DNA of 56,660 nt from Candidatus Limnocylindrales bacterium (GTDB lineage: Bacteria > Chloroflexota > Limnocylindria > Limnocylindrales > CSP1-4): positions 1 to 56,660 of the forward strand of contig JBBQNA010000002.1 in assembly GCA_038329515.1 (NCBI GenBank), read 5' to 3'. Numbering within the stretch: position 1 is the first letter of the stretch; each line of letters starts with the position of its first letter. Both the position numbers and the translations under genes were made by a program. Positions 1 through 10,219 of the stretch are shown here, piece by piece. The notes beneath the pieces were generated by a model that was not told where the DNA came from, did not search any database, and saw only the letters and a list, made by a program, of their open reading frames with translations.

Positions 1-124
1 TGCCGATCACCAGGCCAGCTCGCAAGGCGACCAGCCACGCCCGGAAGCCGACCACCTCCAGCACCTGATGCGCCGAGCGGACTCAGAAGGCCTACCCCTA
101 CGTCAGGAGAAGACTTCCCACATC

Positions 125-158
125 TCGAGACCCCGGCCCGCGGGGACCGGGGTCTCGA
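125..158. terminator. GC-rich hairpin downstream of the RDD gene (terminator-like)
   Basis: Perfect 12-bp inverted repeat tcgagaccccgg / ccggggtctcga, 25 nt past the minus-strand stop at 183. There is no U-tract, so it is only terminator-like. Confidence 0.35.
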
Positions 159-182
159 TGACCTCGAAGGGACGATCCGGGG

Positions 183-872
183 TCAGCCCGCGCGCCGGGC
201 GACCTTGACCACCATGGTGTGAGCGTACTGGTCGTGGAGCCCTTGCTTGGTGGGGCTCTTGGCAGTGGTGTACAGCAGCGCCAGGAACCAGACGAATGCG
301 ACCAGGCTGGCGATGACCGCCAGACTGAGCACGAATGCGGCGAGGATGGAGGCAACGAAACCGGGGCCGAACATGGCCACGATTCGAATCATGGCCTGGT
401 TGTTCGTGAGCGTCTGGCCATCGGTCTCGTTGCCGATCTGCATGCTCAGGAGACGCATGCCGATTGTGCCGCGCATCTTCGTCCACGTGTACCAGAAGTA
501 CACGGCGATGACGGCGTAGCTCAGGAGCGAGCCCACGAGTGACGAGGCAACCGTCGCTTCCTGGAGGCCGTTGGTTGCCCGTGTCCCGAGGACGCCGAGC
601 GTGATTGCCGCCCGGATCAGGCCGTTGATGGCCATCACGACGTAGTCGATGATGTACGCGATGGCGCGGTTCGGGACATCTCCGTACACGTAGCCCGCGG
701 GCCCTGCCACCGGTGCCGTGGAGGTCAGGTTGGCGGTCCATGACGGTGGCGGGGGCGGTGGTGGCGGCGGGACCACTGGGACCGGCTGCTGGGGCGCCTG
801 CTGCCACGACGGCGGCGGGGCGCCCTGCGGAGGCTGACCGGGCGCGCCCGGTTGACCCGTTGGCTGCGTCAT
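183..872 (-). CDS. RDD family membrane protein with a Pro/Gln-rich N-terminus
   Basis: ORF 183..1154(-) trimmed to the ATG at 872 (MTQPTGQPGAPGQPP...), because the upstream part runs into moaA. The ...NRAIAYIIDYVV..., ...GTIGMRLL... and ...QGLHDQYAHTMVV segments fit the RDD domain pattern. Several hydrophobic helices are present. Confidence 0.7.
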   Translation of the reverse strand: MTQPTGQPGAPGQPPQGAPPPSWQQAPQQPVPVVPPPPPPPPPSWTANLTSTAPVAGPAGYVYGDVPNRAIAYIIDYVVMAINGLIRAAITLGVLGTRATNGLQEATVASSLVGSLLSYAVIAVYFWYTWTKMRGTIGMRLLSMQIGNETDGQTLTNNQAMIRIVAMFGPGFVASILAAFVLSLAVIASLVAFVWFLALLYTTAKSPTKQGLHDQYAHTMVVKVARRAG

Positions 873-973
873 TCCCTGTCTCCTTGATGCGGATCGGTCG
901 CGCTGCGGTGCGAGCCCGCGTCGGCGGTCATGCGACAGCATAGCGAACCAGCGTGAGACGGGAGAGCCGGCGG

Positions 974-2131
974 TCAGCCGCCGATGTGGGACATCTCCAC
1001 GCGCGGCCGATCCGTGGTCGCCTCGGACCTGATCTCCGAATAGCGGTCGGAACGCTTGGCCCACGCCGAGCGCACGATGTCGCCGAGCGCCGCCTCGTCC
1101 ACACCTGCTCGCATCGGACCCTTCAGGTCGTACGCCCGCATCCCGAACAGACACAGGTACAGATGTCCCTCCGCGGATAGCCTCGCCCGGGTGCAGGTGG
1201 CGCAGAACGGCCGCGTGACGCTCGCGATGACACCCATCTCGCCCGCGCCGTCGAGGTATCGGTAGCGGCTGGCCACCTCACCCGGGTAGGTCGGTGCCAC
1301 GGACTCGAGGGGCAGCTCACGACCGATGATGTCCAGGATCTCCGACGCCGGCACCACGTCCTCCATGCGCCAGCCATTGGTCTGGCCGACGTCCATGTAC
1401 TCGATGTAGCGGATGATCCAGCCCCGCCGCCGAGCCTCGATGGCAAGCGGCAGGATGCTGCTCTCGTTCATGCCCCGCCGCACGACGGTATCGATCTTGA
1501 TCGGGCCGAGGCCCGCCGCCTCCGCCGCCTCGATGCCCTCGATGACCCGGCCAACGGACATGCCAACGTCGTTGAGCCGGCCGAACACCTCGTCGTCGAG
1601 CGAGTCCAGGCTCACGGTCACCCGCCCCAGGCCCGCCCGAGCCAGGGACTCGGCATGGGTCGCCAGCAGGGCACCGTTGGTGGTCATCGCGAGATCCTCA
1701 AGACCCTCGATGGCCGCCAGCTGCTCCACGAGTCGGGGCAGGTCCCGCCGGAGTAGCGGCTCACCGCCCGTCAGCCGCAACTTGGCCACGCCGTTGGCAA
1801 CGAACAGGCGGGCCAGACGTGCGATCTCCTCGAAGGTCAGCAGGTCTGCCCGGGGCAGGAACTGGAAGCCGGGACCGAACACCTCGCGGGGCATGCAGTA
1901 GATGCAGCGGAAGTTGCAGCGGTCGGTGACCGAGATGCGCAGGTCGCGCAGCGGCCGGTCGAGCCGGTCAAGGAGGGTGATGGGCGATCGCTCGAGCACT
2001 CCCGGATGGTACGCCCGACGGATCAGGCGACCGGCATCAGGCCTCCGGCCCGACCGGGGCGGCCGGATCGACGCGTGACGGACGGCCAAGCGAACCCCCT
2101 CGCGCCACGTATCCGACCACGATGCTGACAC
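974..2131 (-). CDS. moaA: GTP 3',8-cyclase MoaA (molybdenum cofactor biosynthesis, radical SAM)
   Basis: [18 protein letters not shown] radical-SAM cluster motif, plus the C-terminal [21 protein letters not shown] second cluster. The first ~45 codons overlap the upstream DUF4383 gene, so the true start may be internal (e.g. GTG at 1999). Confidence 0.88.
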   Translation of the reverse strand: MSASWSDTWREGVRLAVRHASIRPPRSGRRPDAGRLIRRAYHPGVLERSPITLLDRLDRPLRDLRISVTDRCNFRCIYCMPREVFGPGFQFLPRADLLTFEEIARLARLFVANGVAKLRLTGGEPLLRRDLPRLVEQLAAIEGLEDLAMTTNGALLATHAESLARAGLGRVTVSLDSLDDEVFGRLNDVGMSVGRVIEGIEAAEAAGLGPIKIDTVVRRGMNESSILPLAIEARRRGWIIRYIEYMDVGQTNGWRMEDVVPASEILDIIGRELPLESVAPTYPGEVASRYRYLDGAGEMGVIASVTRPFCATCTRARLSAEGHLYLCLFGMRAYDLKGPMRAGVDEAALGDIVRSAWAKRSDRYSEIRSEATTDRPRVEMSHIGG

Positions 2132-2519
2132 CGCTGAGCGCCAGCAACAGCAGCTGGTCGAGCAGGCTCACGGGGTACGCCAGCAGCCCGAGATAGTTGC
2201 CGCTGACCAGACCCACGAGGAACAGCACGAGGCCGACGAGGCCGACGCCCATGAGCAGGGCGCCTCGACGCCGGCCGGTCAGACCCAGCGCGCCATACAG
2301 CACGACAGCGCCCGCGACCAGGTTCAGGACGTCATGCGCGTTGCCGGTCAGGAACAGTGGCGTGCCCCACGCGACCGTCGGCACGCCCACCAACGGATTG
2401 CCCACGAAGCCCAGCAAGCCAAACACGATGAGACCGATGCCCAGGCCCAGGGACCACGCGAACCCGACGTCCCGGGCGGCTCCCCGGGCAAGGTCGCCGC
2501 TGATGCGCTGCGCCGTCAT
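2037..2519 (-). CDS. DUF4383-like small integral membrane protein
   Basis: 160 aa with four hydrophobic helices. The ...[19 protein letters not shown]... segment resembles the conserved His-containing helix of DUF4383. Assignment is from memory only. Confidence 0.55.
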   Translation of the reverse strand: MTAQRISGDLARGAARDVGFAWSLGLGIGLIVFGLLGFVGNPLVGVPTVAWGTPLFLTGNAHDVLNLVAGAVVLYGALGLTGRRRGALLMGVGLVGLVLFLVGLVSGNYLGLLAYPVSLLDQLLLLALSGVSIVVGYVARGGSLGRPSRVDPAAPVGPEA

Positions 2520-2528
2520 ACGCGCAGC

Positions 2529-4526
2529 CTAGTCCTCCTCGGCAGTGCCCGCACCAGACCGGATGCTGTCCACGACGCCCGCATCCGCGAGCGTGGTGGT
2601 GTCACCCAGCGCACGCCCCTCTGCGACGTCGCGCAACAGTCGACGCATGATCTTGCCCGAACGCGTCTTGGGCAGGTCTGGCGTGAACAGCAGGTACTTG
2701 GGCCGCGCGATGGGCCCGATGTGCCTCGCCACATGCTCTCGCAGCTCCTTGGCCAGCTCGTCGCTGGTGGTCACGTCCGCGCGCGTGGTCACGAACGCGA
2801 AGATGGCCTGGCCGCTGATGGGGTCGTTCTTGCCGACCACGGCCGCTTCCGCCACGGCCGGATGGTCCACCAGGGCCGACTCGACCTCGATGGTCGAGAT
2901 GCGGTGGCCGGCGATGTTCATCACGTCGTCGACACGGCCGAGCAGCCAGAAGTAGCCGTCCGTGTCGCGCTTGGCCCCGTCGCCCGCGAAGTACATCCCC
3001 GGGAAGCGGCTCCAGTAGGTCGCCTTGTAGCGTTCTGGGTCCCCATAGATGCCGCGCAGCATCGCCGGCCACGGTCGCTTCAGGACCAGGTAGCCGCCTT
3101 CGCCGAGCGGCAGGCTCTCGCCGTTGGCATTGACGATGTCGGCCGAGATGCCTGGAAACGGGAACGTGGCGCTCCCCGGCTTGGTCTCGGTCACGCCGGG
3201 GAGCGGCGTGATGAGGATCTGGCCCGTCTCCGTTTGCCACCAGGTATCCACGATGGGGCAGTGCTCCCGGCCCACGTTCTGGTGGTACCAGAGCCATGCC
3301 TCGGGGTTGATGGGCTCACCCACCGAGCCCAGCAGGCGCAGGGAGGACAGGTCGTGCTGCGCAGGCAGCTCCTCGCCCTGCTTCATGAATGCCCGGATGG
3401 CGGTCGGTGCCATGTACAGCACCGACACCTTGTAGTCCTCGACGATCTGCCACCATCGGTCCCAGCCGGGGGTGTCGGGCGCGCCTTCGTACAGGACGCC
3501 TGTCGTGGCGTTGGCCAGCGGCCCGTACACGATGTAGCTGTGCCCGGTCACCCAGCCGATGTCCGCAGCGCACCAGTACACGTCGTCGGGCTTGATGTCG
3601 AACACGATCTCGTGGCTGTAGCTGGTCCCCAGCAGGTAGCCCGCGGACGTGTGGATGATGCCCTTGGGGCGAGCGGTGGTGCCGGAGGTATACAGCAGGT
3701 ACAACATGTGCTCGGAATCCACCGGCACCGCGGGGCACTCGTCGCTCTGGCGATCGACGATGTCGTGCCACCAGACATCCCGTCCCTCGGTCATGGGGGT
3801 CGGCTGGGCGTCGCCGAGACGCCGGACGACCAGCACGTGCTCGATGGACGGGGACGTGGCGACCGCTTCGTCCGCGGCGTCCTTGAGGTCCACCGGCTTG
3901 CCCCGCCGCCAACCGCCATCGGCCGTGATGAGCAGCTTTGCCGTGGTGTCCTCGATGCGCCCCTGGAGGGATTCGGCGCTGAAACCGCCGAAGATGACCG
4001 TGTGCGGCGCGCCCAGTCGAGCGCACGCCAGCATCGCGATGGGCAGCTCGGGGATCATGGGCATGTAGATGGCGACCCGGTCGCCCGTGCCCACGCCCAG
4101 CTCCTTGAGCGCGTTGGCCGTCCTGGAGACCTCGCGGAGCAGGTCAGCGTAGGTGATGGTGCGGGTGTCGCCGGGCTCACCGATCCAGTGATAGGCGACC
4201 TTGTCGCCGAGCCCGTTGGCCACGTGCCGGTCGATGCAATTCTCGGACACGTTCAGGGTGCCGCCCGTGAACCACTTGGCGAAGGGCAGGTCCCACTCGA
4301 GGGTCGTCTTGAACGGCGTCCGCCAGGTCAGCTTCTCACGCGCCAGCTTCGCCCAGAACGCTTCGAAGTCAGCGTCAGCATCGAGGTACAGCTGGGCGGT
4401 CGCATTCGCCTGGGCGATGAAGGCTGTTGACGGGGGGAAGGTCCGGCCTTCCGACATCAGGTTCTCGATCTCAGGCGCCGACGACGATTCGGTCGACGGC
4501 GAGCCTGCGGGCTGCTCTGCGGACAT
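2529..4526 (-). CDS. acs: acetyl-CoA synthetase (AMP-forming)
   Basis: 665 aa. YTSGTTARPKG AMP-binding motif, WWQTETG, C-terminal PKTRSGKIMRRLLRD, and an N-terminal ...FWAKLAREKLTWRTPF... segment typical of Acs. Confidence 0.95.
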   Translation of the reverse strand: MSAEQPAGSPSTESSSAPEIENLMSEGRTFPPSTAFIAQANATAQLYLDADADFEAFWAKLAREKLTWRTPFKTTLEWDLPFAKWFTGGTLNVSENCIDRHVANGLGDKVAYHWIGEPGDTRTITYADLLREVSRTANALKELGVGTGDRVAIYMPMIPELPIAMLACARLGAPHTVIFGGFSAESLQGRIEDTTAKLLITADGGWRRGKPVDLKDAADEAVATSPSIEHVLVVRRLGDAQPTPMTEGRDVWWHDIVDRQSDECPAVPVDSEHMLYLLYTSGTTARPKGIIHTSAGYLLGTSYSHEIVFDIKPDDVYWCAADIGWVTGHSYIVYGPLANATTGVLYEGAPDTPGWDRWWQIVEDYKVSVLYMAPTAIRAFMKQGEELPAQHDLSSLRLLGSVGEPINPEAWLWYHQNVGREHCPIVDTWWQTETGQILITPLPGVTETKPGSATFPFPGISADIVNANGESLPLGEGGYLVLKRPWPAMLRGIYGDPERYKATYWSRFPGMYFAGDGAKRDTDGYFWLLGRVDDVMNIAGHRISTIEVESALVDHPAVAEAAVVGKNDPISGQAIFAFVTTRADVTTSDELAKELREHVARHIGPIARPKYLLFTPDLPKTRSGKIMRRLLRDVAEGRALGDTTTLADAGVVDSIRSGAGTAEED

Positions 4527-4694
4527 GGGACCCTCCGGCGGTCAACTTCGGGAGACGGATTCGGGGCGCTTCGGGTGCTCGGGCGATGTGTATCGTACCG
4601 GCGCGATGCCGGTCACGGGGTGCCGCCCGTCACGCCTGACGCTTATGGTGTGGACCGTCAGCGCGGGGCGTCGAGGGAGCACGTGGCGAGCGAG

Positions 4695-6164
4695 ATGCAG
4701 ACCGGGACGCCCGAAGGTGCCGCTCCGTCGTCAGGGGAAGCTCGGCGCACCGACGTGCGACACCTGATCGGCCGCTACGTGCCCATCACGGTCTGGCTGC
4801 CGACGTATCCCCGGGACTGGCTGCGACCCGACCTGATTGCGGGCGCTCACCTCCTGGGGCGTCATGGTCCCCGTGGCACTGGCCTGGGGACCTCGCCATC
4901 GGCGGCGGCGCACTGTTGCTCATCCTGGTCCTGCGGCGCATCGATCGACGCTTCCGGCACCGCTGGTGGCCCTGGTCGTGTCCATCCTGCTGGTGACCGT
5001 CTTCGACCTGACCGCGTGCGATGTCGCTGTCGTGGGCCCAGTGCCCACTGGGTGCCGTGGCCGTCCATCCCTGACTTCCCACTGGGCAACCCGTTCGCGC
5101 TCGCCACGGGCGCTGCGGGCATCGTGCTCCTGGCGCTCGGCGAGTCGATCGGCTCGGCCCGCGCGTTCTCCAGCAAGCACGGCTATCGAATCGATCCGGA
5201 CCAGGAGTTGGTGGCCCTCGGTGCCTCCAACCTGTCCGCGGGCCTGTTCGGTGGCTTCGCGGTCGACGCCAGCCTGTCCCAGTCGGCCACGGGCGAGGTC
5301 GCGGGCAATCGGACCCAGCTGGCATCGCTCGCGACCGCTGCGCTGTTGCTGGCCACGGCCCTGTTCCTGGCGCCCCTGTTCCAGAACCTGCCCCAGGCGG
5401 TGCTGGGTGCCATCGTCATCGCTTCGGTGCTCAGCCTTGTGGACATCCCGGAGCTGCGCCGCTGCGTCGACCAGCGCCGGACCGACTTCGCACTGGCACT
5501 GGTGGCGCTCCTCGGCGTCATCACCACGTCCGTCCTGACGGGTCTCGTGATCGCCGCCGGTGTGTCTGTGGTGCTGCTGCTGTACCGCGCCAGTCAGCCA
5601 GCGCTCACCACGCTGGGCCGCATCCCGGGCAGCCGCGACGGGTTCGGCGATATCGGCCGGAATCCCGGGGCGCTGCCCGTGGTCGACGTGCTGACGCTGC
5701 GCCTGGATACGCCGTTCTACTACGTCAACGCGAGCGAGGTGGAGACGCGGGTGCTGGCCATGGTCGAAGCGGCCGATCCCCGTCCCACGACCGTGGTCAT
5801 CGACATCGGCGCGACCAGCGAGCTGGATGTGACCACCGCCGACATGCTCCTGGAGCTGCTGCGTGCGCTTCGGGATCTCGGCGTGTCAATCTCGCTGGCG
5901 CAGGTCAAGGGACAGGTGCGGGACAGGATGCGGCGCGTCGGGCTCATGGACGCGCTCGGACAGGACCACGTGTTCCTGTCCGTGCTGCTCACCATGGATG
6001 CCGCGATGCAAGCCGGAGCAGAGACGGCCGTGCCAGCTGTGCCTGAGACGACGGCTGACACGGCCATACTCCAGGAGCCGATTGGGCCGGCCGTGCCTGC
6101 CACACCAAACGAGCCGACGGGGCCTGACGGGCCATCGAACCCTGCCCAAACGTCCGGCCGATGA
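4695..6164 (+). pseudogene. SulP-family anion transporter with STAS domain; the 5' quarter is frame-scrambled and internally deleted
   Basis: Frame 0 gives ...WLPTYPRDWLRPDLIAG, then nonsense. The expected SulP continuation appears piecewise in other frames: LTSWGVMVPVALAWG (frame 1), DLAIGGGALLLILVLRRIDRR (frame 2), FPAPLVALVVSILLVTVFDL..VAVVGPVPTG (frame 1). It returns to frame 0 at PWPSIPDF.. . Roughly 100+ aa of transmembrane core are missing between the first two pieces. From ~5060 onward there is a clean SulP C-half plus STAS domain. Confidence 0.6.
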
Positions 6165-6419
6165 CCGCCGATGACTTCCGGCAAGTTCGGGCTATCCCGG
6201 CCAGACGGGCGCCAGCGGCCCGTGAGTGATCATCTGGGCAGCCAACGGACGGAGGAACGACGGGCCCGGGGTCACACGAGCCCCGGAAGCGCACTATCTC
6301 CGACGGATCTCAGCATTCTGGCCGCCATCGACAAGTGAGCAGGGGCGGATCAGCCTGATAGCGGGCAGAACGGTCCGTTCTCCGTCGGTTGGATCATCTG
6401 GGCGACGATCCGGGCCGGA

Positions 6420-6511
6420 GGACTGCGTCGATCCGGGCCCGAGGGCGGGGCTCGAGGGCGCGTGCCGGGGACTGCGTCGATCCGGGCCCGAGGACGGGGC
6501 TCGAGGGCGCG
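6420..6511. repeat. 49-bp tandem duplication (about 1.9 copies) just 3' of the MscS gene
   Basis: ggactgcgtcgatccgggcccgagg(g/a)cggggctcgagggcgcg occurs at 6420 and again at 6469. Confidence 0.85.
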
Positions 6512-6514
6512 GCG

Positions 6515-7492
6515 CTACGTGCGGGGAGCGTCGCTGCCGGTACCGGTGACGTCGGGCGTCGACGCGCCGCCAGGGCCACCCAGATCGGACTGCACCGCCA
6601 TCCGGCGATCGAGGTGGATGTTCGCTCCGGCCAGACTCAGCGCCATGCGCCGACGCAGTTCCGCGGGCACCGACCAGCGACCCTGCGTGCGCACCTTGGC
6701 CGACATCCGGAGCGTGACGCCGATGTCCGTGAAGGCAAGCGTCGAGCGGTAGGCCGGCGGATCGACGATGAGGCCAGACCATTCCGGGTCCTCTGCCATC
6801 TCGCGGCCGACCTGGTTCATGACCCCGATGACGGCCTCGAGATCCTTGTTGCGCACCCCTTCCAGGTCGACCATCGCGACCGCGAAGATGCGCGTCAGGT
6901 TGGACGAGACCCGGATGGTGCCGTTCGACACGGAATGAACGACCCCGTTCGGGTCACGCAACACGGTCCGCCGGAAGCCGACCTCCTCCACGACGCCCTC
7001 GATGTCACCGACGCGCACGGTATCGCCCACGAAGTACTGGCCCTCGACCAGGATCAGGACGCCCATGATGTAGTCCAGGATCACGCTCTGGCCGGCCAGC
7101 GTCAACGCTGCCAGTACGATGCCCAGGCCCGCGATGGCGGGCCACAGGTCGAACACCCCAAAGACCACGAACACGACGGCGAGCACCAGCGCCAACCGGA
7201 TGAGCCGGTGGAGGAGGTCCTCCAGCGTCGCTGCTCGCTTGGCGATCTCGTCGTCGGGCGACCCGGTCGGCATCGCCCGTTCCTGGGCCGCCAGGACGCG
7301 CACCACGCCGCGATGGACGAACGGCCGTGCGAAGCGCCAGATCACGAACACGGCCACGGCCACCACGAAGAACAACAACCAGCTGCTGGATAGCCAGCCG
7401 ATGAGCTGATCGGTCTGGGGTGACCCGGTGTAGAACGGCGCGATGGGCGACGGCAGCGGGCCGAGCGTGGGGAGCGGGTCGGGCGACGCCAT
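6515..7492 (-). CDS. mechanosensitive ion channel (MscS family)
   Basis: N-terminal TM helices, then ...GQYFVGDTVRVGDIEGVVEEVGFRRTVLRDPNGVVHSVSNGTI..., the MscS beta-domain signature. Confidence 0.85.
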   Translation of the reverse strand: MASPDPLPTLGPLPSPIAPFYTGSPQTDQLIGWLSSSWLLFFVVAVAVFVIWRFARPFVHRGVVRVLAAQERAMPTGSPDDEIAKRAATLEDLLHRLIRLALVLAVVFVVFGVFDLWPAIAGLGIVLAALTLAGQSVILDYIMGVLILVEGQYFVGDTVRVGDIEGVVEEVGFRRTVLRDPNGVVHSVSNGTIRVSSNLTRIFAVAMVDLEGVRNKDLEAVIGVMNQVGREMAEDPEWSGLIVDPPAYRSTLAFTDIGVTLRMSAKVRTQGRWSVPAELRRRMALSLAGANIHLDRRMAVQSDLGGPGGASTPDVTGTGSDAPRT

Positions 7493-7498
7493 GCGGCG

Positions 7499-8167
7499 CT
7501 ACAGGCCGCCGATGCCCTTGCCGATGAGTACCACGCCCAAGATGAGCAACAGGACCGCCATGACCGTGGAGTTGTTCTCTCCCAGCCACCCTTTCGCCTG
7601 GGTCAGACGAGCCTTGGCGGGCGCACTACCGAGCCGGTAGTACAGCACCGGCAGGGCGATGCTGGCCGAACCGATGATCACGAACAGGAGCACCGCAACG
7701 CCGGCATCCGTGACCGTGAGCTGCGCCTGGGCGATGACCAGCGCAGCGGCGACGGCCAGGATCAGGTTCTTGGGGTTCACACCGGACAGCAGGGCGCCCA
7801 TGCCAAAGGCCTTCCCCGGCGTCATCTGGTCGACGGCCTGGAGCCACTTGGGAATCGGCGCGGCGGTCCCGGCAGGAGGTCGCGTCGAGAGCTTCTCCCA
7901 GCCCAACAGCAGCAACAGGGCGCCCAGCACCATCTTGACCAGTGCGACCCAGATGGGCGGGGTGCTGGAACTGGCGCCGGTAGCGCCGGACACCGCCAGC
8001 ACGATGATGGACACGGTCAGGAGACCCACCACCCAGCCACCCAGGAATGCCGGGCCGTTGGTGCCTGCACGTGCCGAGAACAGCATCACGATGACCGCGA
8101 TGATGGGCACCGGGCTGATGGCGACACCGGTGGCGAACGGCAGGATGTCGCCGATGACCGAACCCAT
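7499..8167 (-). CDS. GAP family / Sap-like (DUF2910) membrane protein
   Basis: 222 aa polytopic membrane protein. The N-terminus MGSVIGDILPFATGVAISPVPIIAVIVML is typical of this family. Assignment from memory. Confidence 0.55.
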   Translation of the reverse strand: MGSVIGDILPFATGVAISPVPIIAVIVMLFSARAGTNGPAFLGGWVVGLLTVSIIVLAVSGATGASSSTPPIWVALVKMVLGALLLLLGWEKLSTRPPAGTAAPIPKWLQAVDQMTPGKAFGMGALLSGVNPKNLILAVAAALVIAQAQLTVTDAGVAVLLFVIIGSASIALPVLYYRLGSAPAKARLTQAKGWLGENNSTVMAVLLLILGVVLIGKGIGGL

Positions 8168-8592
8168 GGATGTCCCTCCAGAGCGGCGACGATGGACCCA
8201 GCCCCCGCGTACCTCGATACCTTACCTGCCCGGGTGGACCTCGACCGCACCCGACCCGCCAGGATGCGACCGGCTCACTGAACGCCGACCCAGCCGCTGA
8301 TCCCGCTACCGACGGCACCACCTCGTCCGATCCGAGATTGGTCAAGCCCAGATCGATGCGGCGGCCCTCGTTGCCTGGATGCGTCACCACGCAGGATGGC
8401 GACGAGCCGGTTGCGCCCGACATCGGGGAGCGCCTGCGGCCCGAGTGCCGGACCCAGCGTGGGCCACGGGAACTCGCCCTGCCAGTGCTGGGCAGGGCAT
8501 CAGCCGGCCAGGTCATGCTCACGGCCGCCTTCGAGGGCTGCCCATCCGTGAGTGACGCGTGGATGTATCCCGCAACGATCAGATGGGCGTCG

Positions 8593-9192
8593 TCACGTCG
8601 TACCTCCGACCGGTGGCGTAGCGCCATCTTCCTCGGCTGCGTCCGCGGCCCAGCGCTCCTCGAACACCGTCTCGCTGCGGGGCAGTCGAGCCGGCACGCC
8701 CGGCGACTTGGGTGCCAGCGACTCCGGCGATGGATGGCCGAGCGCCACGACGGTCCGCAGCAGCCGATCCGCTGGGAGCCCCAGCAGCCGGCCGGCCTCG
8801 ACCCGGACGGACGGCGTCAGCCACGCGATGGCGCCCGCGAGGCCCAGGAGGTTCGCAGCGATGAGCAGCCGCTCCGCCGCACGGCCCTCATCGAAGGCAT
8901 AGGTGACGGGTCGCTCCGTGTCGGCGGGCACGACGATGGCGATCACGGCGGTCGCTGTCGCCAACGAACGCGTGCTGGGCGCGCCGAGTTCGTGGATGCG
9001 CGCGATGGTGGCGGCGTCACGGATGACGATGAACCGCCACGGCTGCTTGTTCTGGCTGCTGCCCGACCAGCGACCGACATTCACGATGGCATCCACCTGG
9101 TCGTCCGTCAGCGGTATGTCCGTGAAGTGGCGAACCTGGCGCACGCGTCGGAGCGGTCGCAGGATCTCGGCTGGGCGCTCATCGGGCGACAT
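8593..9192 (-). CDS. nitroreductase family protein
   Basis: ORF trimmed to the ATG at 9192 (MSPDERPAEILRPLRRVRQVRHFTD...). The ...RWSGSSQNKQPWRFIVI... segment is the nitroreductase FMN-binding pattern. Confidence 0.8.
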   Translation of the reverse strand: MSPDERPAEILRPLRRVRQVRHFTDIPLTDDQVDAIVNVGRWSGSSQNKQPWRFIVIRDAATIARIHELGAPSTRSLATATAVIAIVVPADTERPVTYAFDEGRAAERLLIAANLLGLAGAIAWLTPSVRVEAGRLLGLPADRLLRTVVALGHPSPESLAPKSPGVPARLPRSETVFEERWAADAAEEDGATPPVGGTT

Positions 9193-9242
9193 GGCTGCTC
9201 CTCGGTATCGGGGATCGGTTCCTGAGAGGATACCGACCGGGA

Positions 9243-9893
9243 TCAGGGCACCACACGCGGCCAGGGCCACAACCTCGCGACGGCTGCGGCGACCACGGCT
9301 ACCACCGCGATGCCGATCAGCCACCCGGCGAGCACATCCGTGGGGTAGTGCACGCCCAGGGCGACCCTCGAGCAGCCGATCAGCAGGACCAACCCGGTGA
9401 TGCCGAGCCCGATCGCGAGCCGAGCGCGGGCGCCGAGGACGATCCGCCAGAGCACGATGGCCAGCAGACCGTAGGCGGCCATGCTCTCGGTCGCATGACC
9501 AGATGGAAAGCTGTAGCCGCTCGCATACACCAGCGGATCCGCTGGCCGGGGGCGCTCGACGACGTCCTTGATGACGGCGACCCCCACGACCACCGCCAGG
9601 AGCACGCCAACGAGCAGCAGCGCCAGGGCGAACTCGCGGCGGCGGATCAGCAGTACCACGGCAAGCACGTCGATGCACACCAGCAAGGGGCCCCCGGTCC
9701 AGGACAGCTCCTCCCAGACCGACGGCGCAACGTGCAGGCCCCGGACGACATCGATGACCCAGGCGTCAAAGAGGACCGGCCCCGGTCCGTGGGCCACTAC
9801 CACCAGCCCCAGCAGCAGCGCCAGGAGCGCGGACCCGAGCGCCAACGCGAAGGCGGCCTGGCTGTTGCTCGACCGGATCGGCTGCTGCTCCAT
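9243..9893 (-). CDS. PAP2 superfamily phosphatase
   Basis: ORF trimmed to the ATG at 9893 (MEQQPIRS...). Acid-phosphatase motifs ...SFPSGHAT... and ...SRVALGVHYPTDVLAG... are present, with multiple TM helices. Confidence 0.85.
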   Translation of the reverse strand: MEQQPIRSSNSQAAFALALGSALLALLLGLVVVAHGPGPVLFDAWVIDVVRGLHVAPSVWEELSWTGGPLLVCIDVLAVVLLIRRREFALALLLVGVLLAVVVGVAVIKDVVERPRPADPLVYASGYSFPSGHATESMAAYGLLAIVLWRIVLGARARLAIGLGITGLVLLIGCSRVALGVHYPTDVLAGWLIGIAVVAVVAAAVARLWPWPRVVP

Positions 9894-9994
9894 CCTTCGA
9901 TGGTAAGGGCCTGTCGTGTCGGCCAGGGTGCCGCCGCGCAGCAGCGCCGGTCGCCATCGCAGCGCCGGTCGCAGCAGCGCCCGCCGCACCGGAC

Positions 9995-10092
9995 GTGAAC
10001 GCGCAGCTGGAGCAGCTTGCCAGCTCAAGAACGCCGGCATCCTCACCGAGGAAGAGTTCACGGCCAAGAAGAAGCAGATCCTGGGTATCTGA
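9995..10092 (+). pseudogene. frameshifted SHOCT-domain stub
   Basis: Frame 2 reads (V)NAQLEQLAS. Frame 1 then reads LKNAGILTEEEFTAKKKQILGI*, with the TGA at 10090..10092. Together these form the SHOCT consensus (L..L..G.LTEEEF...K..LL), broken by a 1-nt indel at about 10020. Confidence 0.45.
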
Positions 10093-10115
10093 CCGGGGTC
10101 TCACCGAGACACATC

Positions 10116-10149
10116 GAAGGGGGCCGGTCCGCATGGACCGGCCCCCTTC
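10116..10149. terminator. perfect 15-bp stem hairpin between two convergent gene remnants
   Basis: gaagggggccggtcc gcat ggaccggcccccttc. There is no U-tract on either strand. Confidence 0.5.
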
Positions 10150-10219
10150 AGTTGCGACCCGCCGGCCGTCTGTTGCGACCCGTCGGCCGCGACGGCGCCC
10201 ATCGCGCGGCGACCGAGAC

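Noticed and set aside
1-90. A possible 5'-partial minus-strand gene at the window edge (..HQVLEVVGFRAWLVALRAGLVIG.. reading out of the window).
   Set aside because: Only ~20 codons are visible. This is too short to support any call.
2334-4430. A 698-aa plus-strand ORF. Similar long shadow ORFs include 10706..12256(+), 27228..28553(+), 42153..43580(+), 46171..47490(+), 53497..55539(+) and 37628..39325(+).
   Set aside because: Each lies antisense to a gene with strong family motifs (acs, aminotransferase, GGDEF, lysC, thrC, crtI-like, accA/accD). All have low-complexity Arg/Gly/Pro-rich translations.
8170-8590. A 420-bp interval with overlapping ORFs (8170..9225 plus strand, 7626..8627 minus strand), and hints of protein-like strings (..NRLVAILRGD.., ..VVTHPGNEGRRIDLGLTNLGSDEVV..) in two minus frames.
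   Set aside because: I could not assign any family. Third-position GC is weaker than in real genes and the strings switch frames. This is possibly another eroded gene, but the support is not enough to report it as a feature.
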